IMG/VR virus record: IMGVR_UViG_3300020048_000002
Length of the DNA: 64,000 nt
Direction: 5' to 3' (one strand)
Source of the DNA: a virus
Taxonomy: Duplodnaviria; Caudoviricetes
Within the stretch, counting starts at the first letter, position 1. Every line of letters begins with the position of its first letter. Position numbers and translations under genes: made by a program. Of this stretch, positions 1 through 9,830 are shown piece after piece. Under the pieces are notes generated by a model. The model searched no databases. It saw only the letters and a program-made list of their open reading frames with translations, and was not told the origin of the DNA.

Positions 1-1255
1 CGTCGAGCGTGTGGATGTACCGCTTGATGCGCCCCACGGCTTGAGCCGGACACTCCGCCGTGTTGGGGCACACGAGGTATTCGCCTTCTTTGACGACATC
101 TGCTTCGCAACAAGGGCAGGTTGACGGAAATACGACGTCCCCACCCTCACGAGAGACGACGGACATGATCCTCGGGATCACATCGTTTGCACGGGCAACG
201 AGAACACGGGACCCAAGATTAGCCCCAATCTCCAAAATGTACTTCTGGTTGTACAGGCTCGCCTGAGACACCGTTGCCCCCATGAGGTTTACGGGGTCAA
301 AATGACCAACAGGCGTAAGCCTCCCCGTCCCACCAACCTGCCAGTCGATGCGACGGAGCGTGGTCTCTTTGGCCGCCGGGGCAAACTTGAACGCCACCGC
401 TCCACGGGGACGCCCATCCTTGTCGCCGAGGGATGTCTGCTTCGCTAAATCCTCAACCCGGACGACGAGGCCATCAATGTCGTAGTCGAGGGTGTCCCGG
501 TGTCCCTGTTGATAGTGAGCCCAAACGTCAACCGGGTTTTCAACCACACTCCACTCGGGTACCTGAAGACCCTTCCTTGTTAGCCACAGGAGTTGCTCCG
601 ACTCCGTTGCGAAGTCCCAGCCGTCCACCACCTGGTAGAAAAAGACGGACAGGTGCTCACACCCTTTACCGTCGTACCGCTTGGAGATCCCGGACGCTGC
701 GTTGCGAGGGTTCGCGTAGTCGGGGAAGTACTCTGCATGATCCGACTTGAGGAGTACAATCTCCCCTCGGAGTGAACCGGAGAACCCAGAGAGGGTGGTC
801 GGGACACCCTTCATCTGGATGGCGTTGAGAGTGATGTCCTCCCCCACCTTACCGTCCCCACGGGTAATCGCCTGCTCGTACTTTCCCCGTGAGTAGCGGA
901 TGTGGATACCTACCCCGTCAAGTTTTTCGGTAACGAAAAGGGGCTGGTCCAACGACCCAACCCCTTTTCGCCACGCTGCAAGTTCTTCGGGGGTGTTCAC
1001 CTTGTCGAGCGACCCCATGACAAACCCGTGCTCAGCCTTTTTCCACTCAGAGGCCGTGGGAACAGGGGCACCAACGCTCGTGACCTCGGGGGACGAAGGA
1101 GCAAGCTCCCTTAGCTCGTCCACCCAGGCGTCGTACTGGTCATCGGAGACAGTGGGGGTACCGTTGTAGTACGCCTCTCTTGCCGCCTTGATCTTCGACT
1201 CAAGCTCAGGGATTCGGTGCTCATCGGGCTCAGAGAGAAGGGCCATGAGGTCCAT
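1..1255 (-). CDS. ligA: NAD-dependent DNA ligase (partial, runs off left edge)
   Basis: Manual translation of the minus strand: MDLMALLSEPDEHRIPELESKIKAAREAYYNGTPTVSDDQYDAWVDEL...EKLDG...TRGDGKVGEDIT...LRGE, which are LigA adenylation-domain motifs. Not in the ORF track because there is no stop inside the window. Confidence 0.93.
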   Translation of the reverse strand, partial: MDLMALLSEPDEHRIPELESKIKAAREAYYNGTPTVSDDQYDAWVDELRELAPSSPEVTSVGAPVPTASEWKKAEHGFVMGSLDKVNTPEELAAWRKGVGSLDQPLFVTEKLDGVGIHIRYSRGKYEQAITRGDGKVGEDITLNAIQMKGVPTTLSGFSGSLRGEIVLLKSDHAEYFPDYANPRNAASGISKRYDGKGCEHLSVFFYQVVDGWDFATESEQLLWLTRKGLQVPEWSVVENPVDVWAHYQQGHRDTLDYDIDGLVVRVEDLAKQTSLGDKDGRPRGAVAFKFAPAAKETTLRRIDWQVGGTGRLTPVGHFDPVNLMGATVSQASLYNQKYILEIGANLGSRVLVARANDVIPRIMSVVSREGGDVVFPSTCPCCEADVVKEGEYLVCPNTAECPAQAVGRIKRYIHTLD

Positions 1256-1297
1256 GGCCCTTCTCTTACACCAGTCAGGCAGCAACCGAAAGCGACA

Positions 1298-1546
1298 CTA
1301 GGCGTTACCCTTTGCGTGAGGTACCCCATCCATCGGGATCTCCCCCGCCTCCACCATCTCGGCAATCTGGTTGATGGTCGAGAACGGGGCCACGATGAAG
1401 CGGACTTCCTCGCCCTTGTAGCGTTCGAGCACCGCTTGAACGTCAACGTAGTCGAAGCCTCCCTCGGGCCGCTCGCACCGAAGTACGAGGCGGCCCGTCA
1501 TGGGATCGAGTTCGACAACACCTTCCGCAACAACACCGAGGTCCAT
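1298..1546 (-). CDS. hypothetical protein
   Basis: ORF between RNR and ligase; likely start MDLGVVAEG just after the RNR stop. Confidence 0.6.
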   Translation of the reverse strand: MDLGVVAEGVVELDPMTGRLVLRCERPEGGFDYVDVQAVLERYKGEEVRFIVAPFSTINQIAEMVEAGEIPMDGVPHAKGNA

Positions 1547-1554
1547 GTCATCCC

Positions 1555-4500
1555 TCACAGAATCGAACAGGCACCACCGGCACACGCGACCTCGCTCGTC
1601 AAATCGGTTTCGTCCGATTCTTCGAGCATAGTCGTGTAGTCCACCGGCTTGTAGCTTTCGAGGATCGCGTTCCAACGAACCTCGTCCGCCGGGGTCGTGA
1701 CTTCTTCGTTGGGGGCGAAGGCAAAATCCTTGTCCCCCGTGCTGGCCAACAGGCTGACCCCGGTGAAAAAGTCACGGTTCTCCCAAAGGTAGTCCGCAAC
1801 CTTGTCCCACTCGTCGGGACGCACCGTGACGGTGTTGGAGACGTTGTGGTTGAGGCCAGGCGAATGCTTGGGGTCAGCGGTACCGGGAAGAACCCAGTTC
1901 TGTTGGGTGCTCTTGACCATCTCAAGGAACTGGATGGCCGAAAGATCCGACTTGACCGTAGCTCCAGCGGGAGCCTCGACCGGGAACTCGATGACGTACT
2001 TCCCGTCGGGCTTGCGGACGCACATGTGCGGGTTCACAGCCTTGAAGGCTTGGAACACATGCTCTAGTTCATCCGCCGTGACCCGTCGAATGTAACGGCG
2101 AGCGTGGTGTGGGTGGTGACCGGAACCAACGCACCCAAGCTCCAGGGACGTCGTGTTGTGGCTCTTGACGGCACCGTCATAGAACCAGTGCGTACCCTCA
2201 ACCTCGACATCAAAGGTTGGCATGATACCGAGTGAACGAACCGATCGAATCTTACCCGGGATCTGCCTGCCACGAGTCGTCTCGTTATCTAGTTGCCAGC
2301 CAGTGAAGTCAGAGCTTTCGACAAATGTACAGCACTTCACACTTTGAAGGGCGAGGTGATCAAACGCTGCACGATCAGTTGGCGAAGCCGACAAGCTGAG
2401 ATGGTAGAGATGCCGTTGCTCTTGATAGCTATCGCCTTGACTCTGCAAGGATCGCCCAAATCCCAAGCCCACCGCCCAAGCAACCTGCTGAAAGTGCCGA
2501 GCAAAGTCGTCGGAGGCCGTCGAAATTTGCGGGCGAGCCCCAGTAGTGGTTTTGTTCAAGCACCCATCAGAGTCAAGCAGGCCCGCTACAAACGATACGA
2601 TGTGCCGCCAAGACGAGGATCGGACGCAACGAGGAATACGCTCAAGGGTATCTCCCTCTGCGTACTTTTCGATCCCGTTCCGGGTCAACCAGAGCCAAAG
2701 GTGCTTAGACCCAATCTCAAGCGACGCGGCATCCCTGTCGGCAAGTTCATGAATGTTGGCCTCCAGTCCGAACTTTTCTTGCAGAATGCGGCGAGCCTTG
2801 GCCAACACGGATCGGTTACCGTCAACAAAACGAAGACGGTATTTCGTAAGCGATTGTGCCCCGTCCCCCCAAAGATAACCGATGAGCCAAGCGAGATCAT
2901 CGTCCATCACAGCGGGTTGCTGGATGGGTTTTGCAGCCGAACGCATCGTCAAAGCTCGCACGTTGACGGTCGTCATCGTCGAAGGTACTTCGTTTCGGTA
3001 GATTGACGTGTTCACCGATAGTACATCGCCAGGAGCCAATCGATTCGCAGCGACCCAGTCGTTGACTTCTTCTCGTTTCGAGCTTCCTTGGTGAGAATGC
3101 CGATACTCGACGAACCACGGGTGGTTTGGCGTGGATCGCACCACGAGCCCGTAACTCATCTCAATCTCCAACACCTCTGAAGACCCATTGTCGAACGTGC
3201 GAGTGATGGGAGACATGGTTTCCCCCTGAAGCGCCGACAACTTTTCTGGTTGGGGTGCCCACGTCTCGCCAGTCGGGTGGTGCCAGCACATCTCTTCTAG
3301 GGTCAAGATGCCCTTGTCCGTCGTTGTAAGGGCGTCCCACGGACGACAACCAGAGGGCTTCACACAAGTTGTACGAGCGGCTGGTTTGATCCCAATCTTC
3401 GCCGAGTACTCCGCGTTCCAAGCCTTGATCTTACCAGCGATCTCTCGCTGGTACTCGGGGTTGCAGGCGATGTGAGGGGCATCCAACATACCCGTCATCC
3501 CAATCCCGAGGAGAGCCTCACGCGCGGCCAACGTCTCGCTGACCCAGCCAAGGTAGGGCATCTTGGTGTAGCCCGCCTGAAGGGTACCGATGATCGTGGC
3601 CGCCTTGGCAGCTTCCTCAAAGTCAGCAAGACTCGTGAGCTTTGAGGCGTTGATCTCACAAAGGTTGCAGAAAGCCCACCCCGTATAGGTCTGCCCCACC
3701 GTAACTTGAATATTACGCTTGGCGAGCTTGGCTTGCTCCTCCTCGGTGACAACGAGCTTTGGGTTGAGCCCAATCTCACAGCAGGGGTTGGTCCCGTAGT
3801 CGTAGTCGTTCGTGAAGTAGAAACCAGGCTCACCCCACTGCCGAGTCATCCCGAAGATTCGCTTGAACTGCTTCTTCTTCACCTCGTCGCGCTTCAACAC
3901 GACCGAGTTGTTGGAGTTGGCGAGGTAGGGCTCGGTCGCCCACCAGTTTCCCGTCTTGATGTGCATCATCTCGGAATCGTCGAGCGAGAAGAGGCAAATC
4001 ATCGCCGAACGCCGGATACCACCCGAGAGAACTGCGTCTGCCGCATGACACATGATACGGTGACATTCGACCGGACGGAGCTTGCGGCCCTGAGCGGCTG
4101 CGAGGACGCCACGGATTTTCTCCAGTGAGTCCTTGAGCTTCAAGTGACCGGGAGCACGACCCCCCGAGGTACGGAGCGGGGTCCCCGCCGACCGAATCTG
4201 GTGGTAAGCAAACTCAAGGTTGACCCCATCGATGTAGCTCTGGATGAGAGCCTTGAGAGCGTCCGCCCACCCCTCGATGGTGTCCTCGATAACGTGGTGT
4301 CGAACGATCTTGGTATCGATGTAACCGATACTGGGGAGCTTTTCGATGTGGTCGAACTGTACCGAATACCCCACGCCGCAACCCGCTAGGAGGAGGAACA
4401 GGGCTTCGGAAAAGACCTCGGGGCGGTCCACCAAAGAGAACGAACAATTGAAAATCCGGTTGTTATTCGCGAGGATAGCCGAACCACCGAACTGCATGGA

Positions 4501-5049
4501 CCGCATGGAAGGGAGAACTCGCTTGTCCCGCACGCGATCAAAGGCCCAACGAATCTCGTCGGCCATCTCGGGGTACTCTCCCAAGTGCATCTCCTCAACA
4601 CGCCCGACGGTCTCTGTGTAGACCTCACGGCGCTTGTACGCTGGGACGTAACGTGCGTACTTTCCAGCGTGGATGTAGTCGGAGATTGCTTTCAGGTCAG
4701 GGGTCTTTTGGGTTCGACCTTGACGTGCCTCGGCCCGCTTGTGTCGGTAGAGGATGTACGCACGAGCGACCCCAAACTGGCCTTGCTTCATGAGAGCGGT
4801 CTCAACCGCATCTTGAAGCACTTCCACATCAACCGTCTCATCCGACACGGCGTTCAAGACCATGTTGACGACACGGTTGATGGCCCGCTCGTCCAAGGAA
4901 CCCTTGGACTCTTGCCATGCACGGCTCACGGCACCCTTGAGCTTCCCCGCATCGAACGGCTGAAGCGTTTGCCCATCCCGCTTGCGGGTATGCTTTGGCC
5001 CACGGGACGAACTATCAACAGAGAGCGTGAAATTCTCAGGTGCAAGCAT
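1555..5049 (-). CDS. nrdJ: class II (B12-dependent) ribonucleotide reductase with N-terminal ATP cone and an intein
   Basis: ATP cone (KRDGQTLQPFDAGKL), LPSMR, NCSF, GGIRRSA, GTNPCCEI, CNLCEI and CVKPSG/TTS motifs, and a C-terminal CAGGAC. Start placed at MLAPENF after a GGAGGA RBS. Confidence 0.92.
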   Translation of the reverse strand: MLAPENFTLSVDSSSRGPKHTRKRDGQTLQPFDAGKLKGAVSRAWQESKGSLDERAINRVVNMVLNAVSDETVDVEVLQDAVETALMKQGQFGVARAYILYRHKRAEARQGRTQKTPDLKAISDYIHAGKYARYVPAYKRREVYTETVGRVEEMHLGEYPEMADEIRWAFDRVRDKRVLPSMRSMQFGGSAILANNNRIFNCSFSLVDRPEVFSEALFLLLAGCGVGYSVQFDHIEKLPSIGYIDTKIVRHHVIEDTIEGWADALKALIQSYIDGVNLEFAYHQIRSAGTPLRTSGGRAPGHLKLKDSLEKIRGVLAAAQGRKLRPVECHRIMCHAADAVLSGGIRRSAMICLFSLDDSEMMHIKTGNWWATEPYLANSNNSVVLKRDEVKKKQFKRIFGMTRQWGEPGFYFTNDYDYGTNPCCEIGLNPKLVVTEEEQAKLAKRNIQVTVGQTYTGWAFCNLCEINASKLTSLADFEEAAKAATIIGTLQAGYTKMPYLGWVSETLAAREALLGIGMTGMLDAPHIACNPEYQREIAGKIKAWNAEYSAKIGIKPAARTTCVKPSGCRPWDALTTTDKGILTLEEMCWHHPTGETWAPQPEKLSALQGETMSPITRTFDNGSSEVLEIEMSYGLVVRSTPNHPWFVEYRHSHQGSSKREEVNDWVAANRLAPGDVLSVNTSIYRNEVPSTMTTVNVRALTMRSAAKPIQQPAVMDDDLAWLIGYLWGDGAQSLTKYRLRFVDGNRSVLAKARRILQEKFGLEANIHELADRDAASLEIGSKHLWLWLTRNGIEKYAEGDTLERIPRCVRSSSWRHIVSFVAGLLDSDGCLNKTTTGARPQISTASDDFARHFQQVAWAVGLGFGRSLQSQGDSYQEQRHLYHLSLSASPTDRAAFDHLALQSVKCCTFVESSDFTGWQLDNETTRGRQIPGKIRSVRSLGIMPTFDVEVEGTHWFYDGAVKSHNTTSLELGCVGSGHHPHHARRYIRRVTADELEHVFQAFKAVNPHMCVRKPDGKYVIEFPVEAPAGATVKSDLSAIQFLEMVKSTQQNWVLPGTADPKHSPGLNHNVSNTVTVRPDEWDKVADYLWENRDFFTGVSLLASTGDKDFAFAPNEEVTTPADEVRWNAILESYKPVDYTTMLEESDETDLTSEVACAGGACSIL
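2155..3348 (-). mobile_element. intein (398 aa) with LAGLIDADG homing endonuclease, inside the RNR
   Basis: KPSG|CRPWD...TPNHPW...LIGYLWGDG...FVAGLLDSDG...FDVEVEGTHWFYDGAVKSHN|TTS; removing it restores KPSGTTS. Confidence 0.93.
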
Positions 5050-5063
5050 TTGCCTCAATCCTC

Positions 5064-6032
5064 CTAGACAGCCACCGCCAGCACAGCCAACTCGACAAGG
5101 GTCCTTTTCGAGCGGGCGGCACTCTTTACATCTACATCTAGTTTTTTGAGGCGGGTCATGTGCCCCACGAGGGACTTCATGGGGTGCCTCTGCACAACGG
5201 GCAAGAAGTGCGTCTTGCATCGCCAAGGGTGCATTCCGAGTGCGGTTGCTACCTCCTCCTCAGAGGCACCCTTGTCCACCATGGCTCTCGCCATGACGAT
5301 TTTCTCAGCCTGTTTGATCATCGAGTACGATATGGGCACATGGGCTTCCTCTCCCATGACCTTGTAGACCGTCGAAAGAAGGTTCATTGCCTTCTTCCGG
5401 TCCTTCGCAAAAGCTGCTTCCGCCACTTGATAGGGCTCCGCTGTCGGCGAAGGAGAGACGACGAGCTTGACTTGCTCTGCACCAACCTTGCCGCCAGTTC
5501 CGACGAGCGTGTGGAGCTTGGTTAGCTCGTTCGACAGCCGGTACAGATTGGGGCCAACAAGCTGGAATAGAAGGGTCGCAATACCTTCGTCGAAGGCGAG
5601 TTTGAGTCGACGAGCCTCCCCTTCGATCCACTTCACGAAGTCGTTGTTCTCACCCCAAGTCTTGAGCTTCTTGTGCTCAAACAGGCGACCCTTCTTTGCC
5701 GCCTGCGACCAGACCTCGGGACACTTCTCCGAGCGGACAATAGCGACGAGTATGACACTATCGTCGTTTGCATCCTTAGCCGCAATATATGCCTTTAGGG
5801 CCTTGTCCCCTTTGACCTTGTTGGCCTCGTCTACAATGACAAGACGCTTACCCCCATCCATGTTCCCTGTCTCGCAGATCCCAACGAGTTCTCGATCGTC
5901 AATCTCGTCCCCGGAAACTTGGACAACCTGTCGATCTTTCCAAGCACGAGCGCGGGCAAGGTCAAGGTCGAGGAAGTAGTCCTCGCCTCCAAAAGAGACA
6001 ACAAAGGCTTGAGTGCCAGTTTTCGCCGCCAC
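5064..6032 (-). CDS. holA: DNA polymerase III delta subunit (clamp loader)
   Basis: FGGEDYF, RLVIVDEA, LSNELTKL, LGMHPW and LVELAVL patterns typical of HolA. Confidence 0.85.
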   Translation of the reverse strand: MAAKTGTQAFVVSFGGEDYFLDLDLARARAWKDRQVVQVSGDEIDDRELVGICETGNMDGGKRLVIVDEANKVKGDKALKAYIAAKDANDDSVILVAIVRSEKCPEVWSQAAKKGRLFEHKKLKTWGENNDFVKWIEGEARRLKLAFDEGIATLLFQLVGPNLYRLSNELTKLHTLVGTGGKVGAEQVKLVVSPSPTAEPYQVAEAAFAKDRKKAMNLLSTVYKVMGEEAHVPISYSMIKQAEKIVMARAMVDKGASEEEVATALGMHPWRCKTHFLPVVQRHPMKSLVGHMTRLKKLDVDVKSAARSKRTLVELAVLAVAV

Positions 6033-6035
6033 GAA

Positions 6036-6992
6036 TCAGACCCCCGAGAAGGTTTCCAGGAATATCGTTTTTGCGTGAAAAGCTAGCTGGATTCGAGTTT
6101 CACGGGCTAGGGCAAGGGTCGCTTGTAGCTTCTGAAGTAGGTTCTGCCACGTCCCCCGTGACGTTGACCTCATGGCCTGTAGCGACACCATGAGGTCAAC
6201 GTTGAGCACGCTCTCGGGTGAGACTTCGAGCATGAGTAGGTCGTGAAGCAGAGTAGTGAGAAACCAGAGGGTGAGAGGGAGGTCTTTTTCGAGCTGATCG
6301 ATGAGTAGGAAGAGTCCCGCAACATCGTTCATTCGAGCGAAAGTCAACAGGCTCAACGCCTTGTCGCGTAGAGCCAGTCGACCCGAACCCCAGTACTGAA
6401 TCGCCTTGCCAATCGAGCCTTGGCTAATACGAGAGTAGACAAGAGCTTTCGTGGGATTCGACTCGAAGAGTTTGACCTTATCGAGCACGAAGGCTTCAGG
6501 TAGTGGGCGGAAGTTCAGGGTGCCGCACCGAGAACGAATCGTCGGAATGACTTTCGCCGCCGACTCTGCCAACAGGAGGAAGCGAGCCGTCGAGGGAGGC
6601 TCTTCCAAGGTCTTGAGCAAAGCGTTGGCGGCTGGGGTCGTCATACGATCCGCACCGTCGATCACAAACACTCGAACACGAGCTTGCGTAGGGTAGACGT
6701 AGGCAGCTTCGATCACGGATCGAGCTACGTCGACTCCAAGGTCCTTGTCCTCGGACGCAGCGACAAGAACAAGATCAGGGTGCGTGCCATGATCGACTTG
6801 AACGCAGTCGTAGCACTGGCAAGAGGACGCCCGTCCCCCCGAGCAGAACATCTCCTTGACGGTCTGTAAGGCAGCGTACCGTCTGCCCGTGCCAGGCAAC
6901 CCCACGAGGAGTAAGGGGCTCGTTATCCCCCCTTCGACAACACGCCTGAGAAAATGTACCGCAGTCTCTTGGTGTTGGACGTCACTTAGCAC
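6036..6992 (-). CDS. holB: DNA polymerase III delta-prime subunit
   Basis: GLPGTGR, zinc-binding Cys cluster, HPDL, ADRMTTPAANALLKTLEEPP and PTIRSRC. Confidence 0.92.
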   Translation of the reverse strand: MLSDVQHQETAVHFLRRVVEGGITSPLLLVGLPGTGRRYAALQTVKEMFCSGGRASSCQCYDCVQVDHGTHPDLVLVAASEDKDLGVDVARSVIEAAYVYPTQARVRVFVIDGADRMTTPAANALLKTLEEPPSTARFLLLAESAAKVIPTIRSRCGTLNFRPLPEAFVLDKVKLFESNPTKALVYSRISQGSIGKAIQYWGSGRLALRDKALSLLTFARMNDVAGLFLLIDQLEKDLPLTLWFLTTLLHDLLMLEVSPESVLNVDLMVSLQAMRSTSRGTWQNLLQKLQATLALARETRIQLAFHAKTIFLETFSGV

Positions 6993-7170
6993 TCGAAGGC
7001 TCCGGTAGGGCTGGCAAAGCTGACGAGCGGGGGGCGTCTACCGGCACGAGCTGCATGACGAGATGAAAGTGCTGGCCGCACTTCCCGCATACGTGCCTGT
7101 GAGGCTCGACCCCACTCGCAACCAGAAGCCCCTTACACCGGAGGCAACGCAGAATGGATTCGGATTGCAC
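6982..7170 (-). CDS. small zinc-ribbon protein
   Basis: CLRC...CGKC motifs, tightly packed in the operon. Confidence 0.6.
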   Translation of the reverse strand: MQSESILRCLRCKGLLVASGVEPHRHVCGKCGQHFHLVMQLVPVDAPRSSALPALPEPSSAK

Positions 7171-7176
7171 GGACGG

Positions 7177-7392
7177 TCAGAAGTGGACGGGACCGCCAGT
7201 GGTGATTCCCCAGGACGCCTTGCACTTGACGCACTGGTACATCCGGTGGCCGCCTACTGTACCCGGGTGCTTCACCTCAATCGCCAGGATCGAATCACAC
7301 TCAGATCGCTTGCACTTCATGTGGACCCGGGGAGCGTCAGTAGACGCAGGGGAGGAGAGACCCGGAGCGGTCCCGGCAGGATCGATCGGCAT
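7177..7392 (-). CDS. small zinc-ribbon protein
   Basis: CKRSEC...CVKC motifs. Confidence 0.65.
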   Translation of the reverse strand: MPIDPAGTAPGLSSPASTDAPRVHMKCKRSECDSILAIEVKHPGTVGGHRMYQCVKCKASWGITTGGPVHF

Positions 7393-7401
7393 GGCGGCTT
7401 C

Positions 7402-7785
7402 CTAGTAAGGGGAGGTGGGGTACTCTTCGGGAAAGAGCCCCGTGAGAACATCGAGAATCCGCGTGTAGAGAGGATCCTGGACGATCGCACCGGGATCATA
7501 CACCGGTTCCACCTGATTCGTGTAGGGCAGAGGGTACTTCGCCGGAAAAAACGAGTCGTCTCGAAGGTACGGCTCGATCTTCTTCCAGTCCTCCGCCAGC
7601 ACCGCCACCTGGAAGTCTTTCGACTCCAGCTTGATTCCGTACGTACCTCGCATGTTGATCGAGCCGACCGACACAGGAAGGATGCCTCGGATGTACACCG
7701 TCATGGCCAAGGCCAGGTTGGGCAAGTCCTCTTGCCTCAACCGGCTGAGTCGACGACCGAACAGGTAGGAGAGCCGACTATCCAT
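7402..7785 (-). CDS. hypothetical protein
   Basis: 127-aa ORF overlapping its upstream neighbour. Confidence 0.65.
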   Translation of the reverse strand: MDSRLSYLFGRRLSRLRQEDLPNLALAMTVYIRGILPVSVGSINMRGTYGIKLESKDFQVAVLAEDWKKIEPYLRDDSFFPAKYPLPYTNQVEPVYDPGAIVQDPLYTRILDVLTGLFPEEYPTSPY

Positions 7786-8173
7786 CCTTGTACCTCTCTC
7801 TCGCTGGTAACAGAGGGGTCTTGCGGGGCCTTGGAGGCTCTACCACCGGGACAGGCTTCACGAGAGGTACCCGTTTGACGGGCTTCGGGATCTTGGGCGG
7901 GAGCGGCGGTTTCGCGTACGGCTTTGGGATCGGGATCGGATCTCTCGGTTTATGCGGTCTTTTCGGCTTCTGTGGCTTGCGAGGCGGAGTGGGCTTGCCT
8001 CGTTGGTGTTCGGGCTTGAGGTCATCGTGACTGACGGACTCGAAGCGAGACCCGTCCTCACGTAACGTCTCAGGGGTGACGTAAACGATACGGCCCGTGT
8101 CCTTGTTCCGGACCGGGACTTCGTTCGTCGCCTCTAGGTACCGAGCCACAACTCGGCGTGCCATCTCGTCCAT
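7778..8173 (-). CDS. Pro/Lys-rich protein with N-terminal RVVARY tag
   Basis: Likely start MDEMARRVVARYLEA; C-terminal half rich in P, K and R. Confidence 0.65.
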   Translation of the reverse strand: MDEMARRVVARYLEATNEVPVRNKDTGRIVYVTPETLREDGSRFESVSHDDLKPEHQRGKPTPPRKPQKPKRPHKPRDPIPIPKPYAKPPLPPKIPKPVKRVPLVKPVPVVEPPRPRKTPLLPARERYKDG

Positions 8174-8208
8174 GCAAGTAGAAGGGGAGCAAAAGACGAA
8201 ACGCAAGC

Positions 8209-8928
8209 TCAGGGCAGGTCCTTCTTCGACCGGGCATCGAACACGGAGGCCATGGCGCTTCCGAGAATCCCTGTAAGAACCAGCAGGATGTCCTTGACCA
8301 TCCCGATCCCCTCCGTACCGGACGCCCGTGTCATCCACTGCACCACGATCAGGACGGCCAGCATGAACACGAGACCGACCGTACCCTTGAAGATCAAACG
8401 AAGAACCGAGATCTGAGCCGTGAGTCTCCGCTCTTTCGCCAAAATATCTTCGGTCAGAAGGCGGGCAGCCTCAGCTTCTTTCGCCAACTTCTCCGACCGA
8501 GCAAGAGCCTCCGATAGCTGGCGCTCCCGCTCCAAGTCTTTTGAGCAGTCCCGAAGAACGGCTACGAAGTACTGCTGAGAGGAGTTCCGGATGTGCGCAA
8601 CGTTGATCTGCACATCCAATAGAGCACCCCCTCGGGTGACGATCTGAAGTTGCCTCCAGGCACCCATGATGCCGGAAGGCCGGATCGATGGAGCATCCAT
8701 GTAACTCGAAACAAAACCCCGATGTTGTCTCCCAATGCTATCCGGCATGAGAGTCCGAACATCGACTCCAACAAGTTCTTTTCCGCTCATGTATCCGAAC
8801 AAGCTCGCAGCCGCAGAGTTCGCGTGCAAGACACGAATATCCCCGCTGCGATCTGTCGGGACGTCTCCGACAAGCATGGAAATCTGTAGCCGATCGGCTA
8901 CAGAGGTGAGCGTTTCAAGAAGGTCCAT
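8209..8928 (-). CDS. FixL-like PAS domain + coiled coil + two TM helices
   Basis: NSAAASLFGY...LVGVDVRTLMP...H...IMG..R...YFVAVLRD PAS signature, then a coiled coil and two hydrophobic segments. Confidence 0.8.
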   Translation of the reverse strand: MDLLETLTSVADRLQISMLVGDVPTDRSGDIRVLHANSAAASLFGYMSGKELVGVDVRTLMPDSIGRQHRGFVSSYMDAPSIRPSGIMGAWRQLQIVTRGGALLDVQINVAHIRNSSQQYFVAVLRDCSKDLERERQLSEALARSEKLAKEAEAARLLTEDILAKERRLTAQISVLRLIFKGTVGLVFMLAVLIVVQWMTRASGTEGIGMVKDILLVLTGILGSAMASVFDARSKKDLP

Positions 8929-8984
8929 CCATGAGGAGCGCCTGAAAGGGACTTTCGTGCTGCTCTTCTGGTGGGCCTCTCAGC

Positions 8985-9150
8985 CTCTCCGAACCACTCT
9001 CACTTCGACGACTACCTACCGAACCACTACTCGACGTACTACTTGAACCCGTACTACTCGTCGTATCTGTTGGATGACTTGCTCTACTTGAACTTGCTGT
9101 AGGACGACTTGCTGAACTCGTACTTGCTGAACTTGTTGAAGCAGTTGAGG
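8985..9150. repeat. low-complexity tract of short CTACT/ACTTG repeats in a divergent intergenic region
   Basis: Repeated ctact, tacttg, acttgaac and acttgctgaac units seen directly. Confidence 0.65.
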
Positions 9151-9521
9151 TATGTGAAACAATGGAGGAGATGGATCTCAGGTTTCTCTAGACTCTTCCT
9201 ACTTAGAAGTAGGAGGGATAGATCTGATCGGTCTAGTCTATCCTGCTAGGTACTTCGGAGGAAAGAGAGGGGGTTTCCGATCCCTGGTCTTTCCTTCTCC
9301 TGCCGAAGAAGTGGGTACCTCTTCGGTTGCCGTTAGAAGCTCCTCTTACGAGGCATCCAGCTTCTACCTGAGCAACGGGCTTTTCGGAGGTGGGTATACC
9401 TCCAGAAGAACCTTACAACTTCTGTTCCCGGATGAGGGTGGGAGAGGTTCTAACTGGAGGGCTGGATCGGGTCAAGCGAAAATCGGTTGCCCTTCCGAGC
9501 AACCTGACGGAAAGAAGAGAG

Positions 9522-9830
9522 ATGCAACCCTCCACCCTACTAGACTTGTCGGATGTTCAGGGCACCCCCCGAGTAAAGCTCACCCTCCCACCCCTTCGAG
9601 TCGGAGATCGTGTGCGCCTTGCGTTTCGTGTCCAGCGGAACCACAAGGGGAGGCATGAGGTGCTCGATGTCTCAGGGGACTTTCGAGTGACGGCTTCCGT
9701 GACGACACTGGAGCACCAGCACCTATCGGTTGAATCTGTCGGAAAGACCCCCTCTTGGCGAGCCGTGAGGAAGGACATAGCTTTCCGGCGTCAGATACCT
9801 CCCGCCATTTTCCCACCCACCGTCCTATGA
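9522..9830 (+). CDS. hypothetical protein
   Basis: ORF 9390-9830; an A/G-rich RBS precedes the ATG at 9522. Start uncertain. Confidence 0.55.
   Translation: MQPSTLLDLSDVQGTPRVKLTLPPLRVGDRVRLAFRVQRNHKGRHEVLDVSGDFRVTASVTTLEHQHLSVESVGKTPSWRAVRKDIAFRRQIPPAIFPPTVL

Noticed and set aside
5050-5226. N-terminal extension of RNR in the ORF track
   Set aside because: It overlaps holA, and a good RBS supports the ATG at 5049.
8985-9150. CRISPR array
   Set aside because: Repeats are 5-11 nt and irregular, with no repeat-spacer period and no cas genes.
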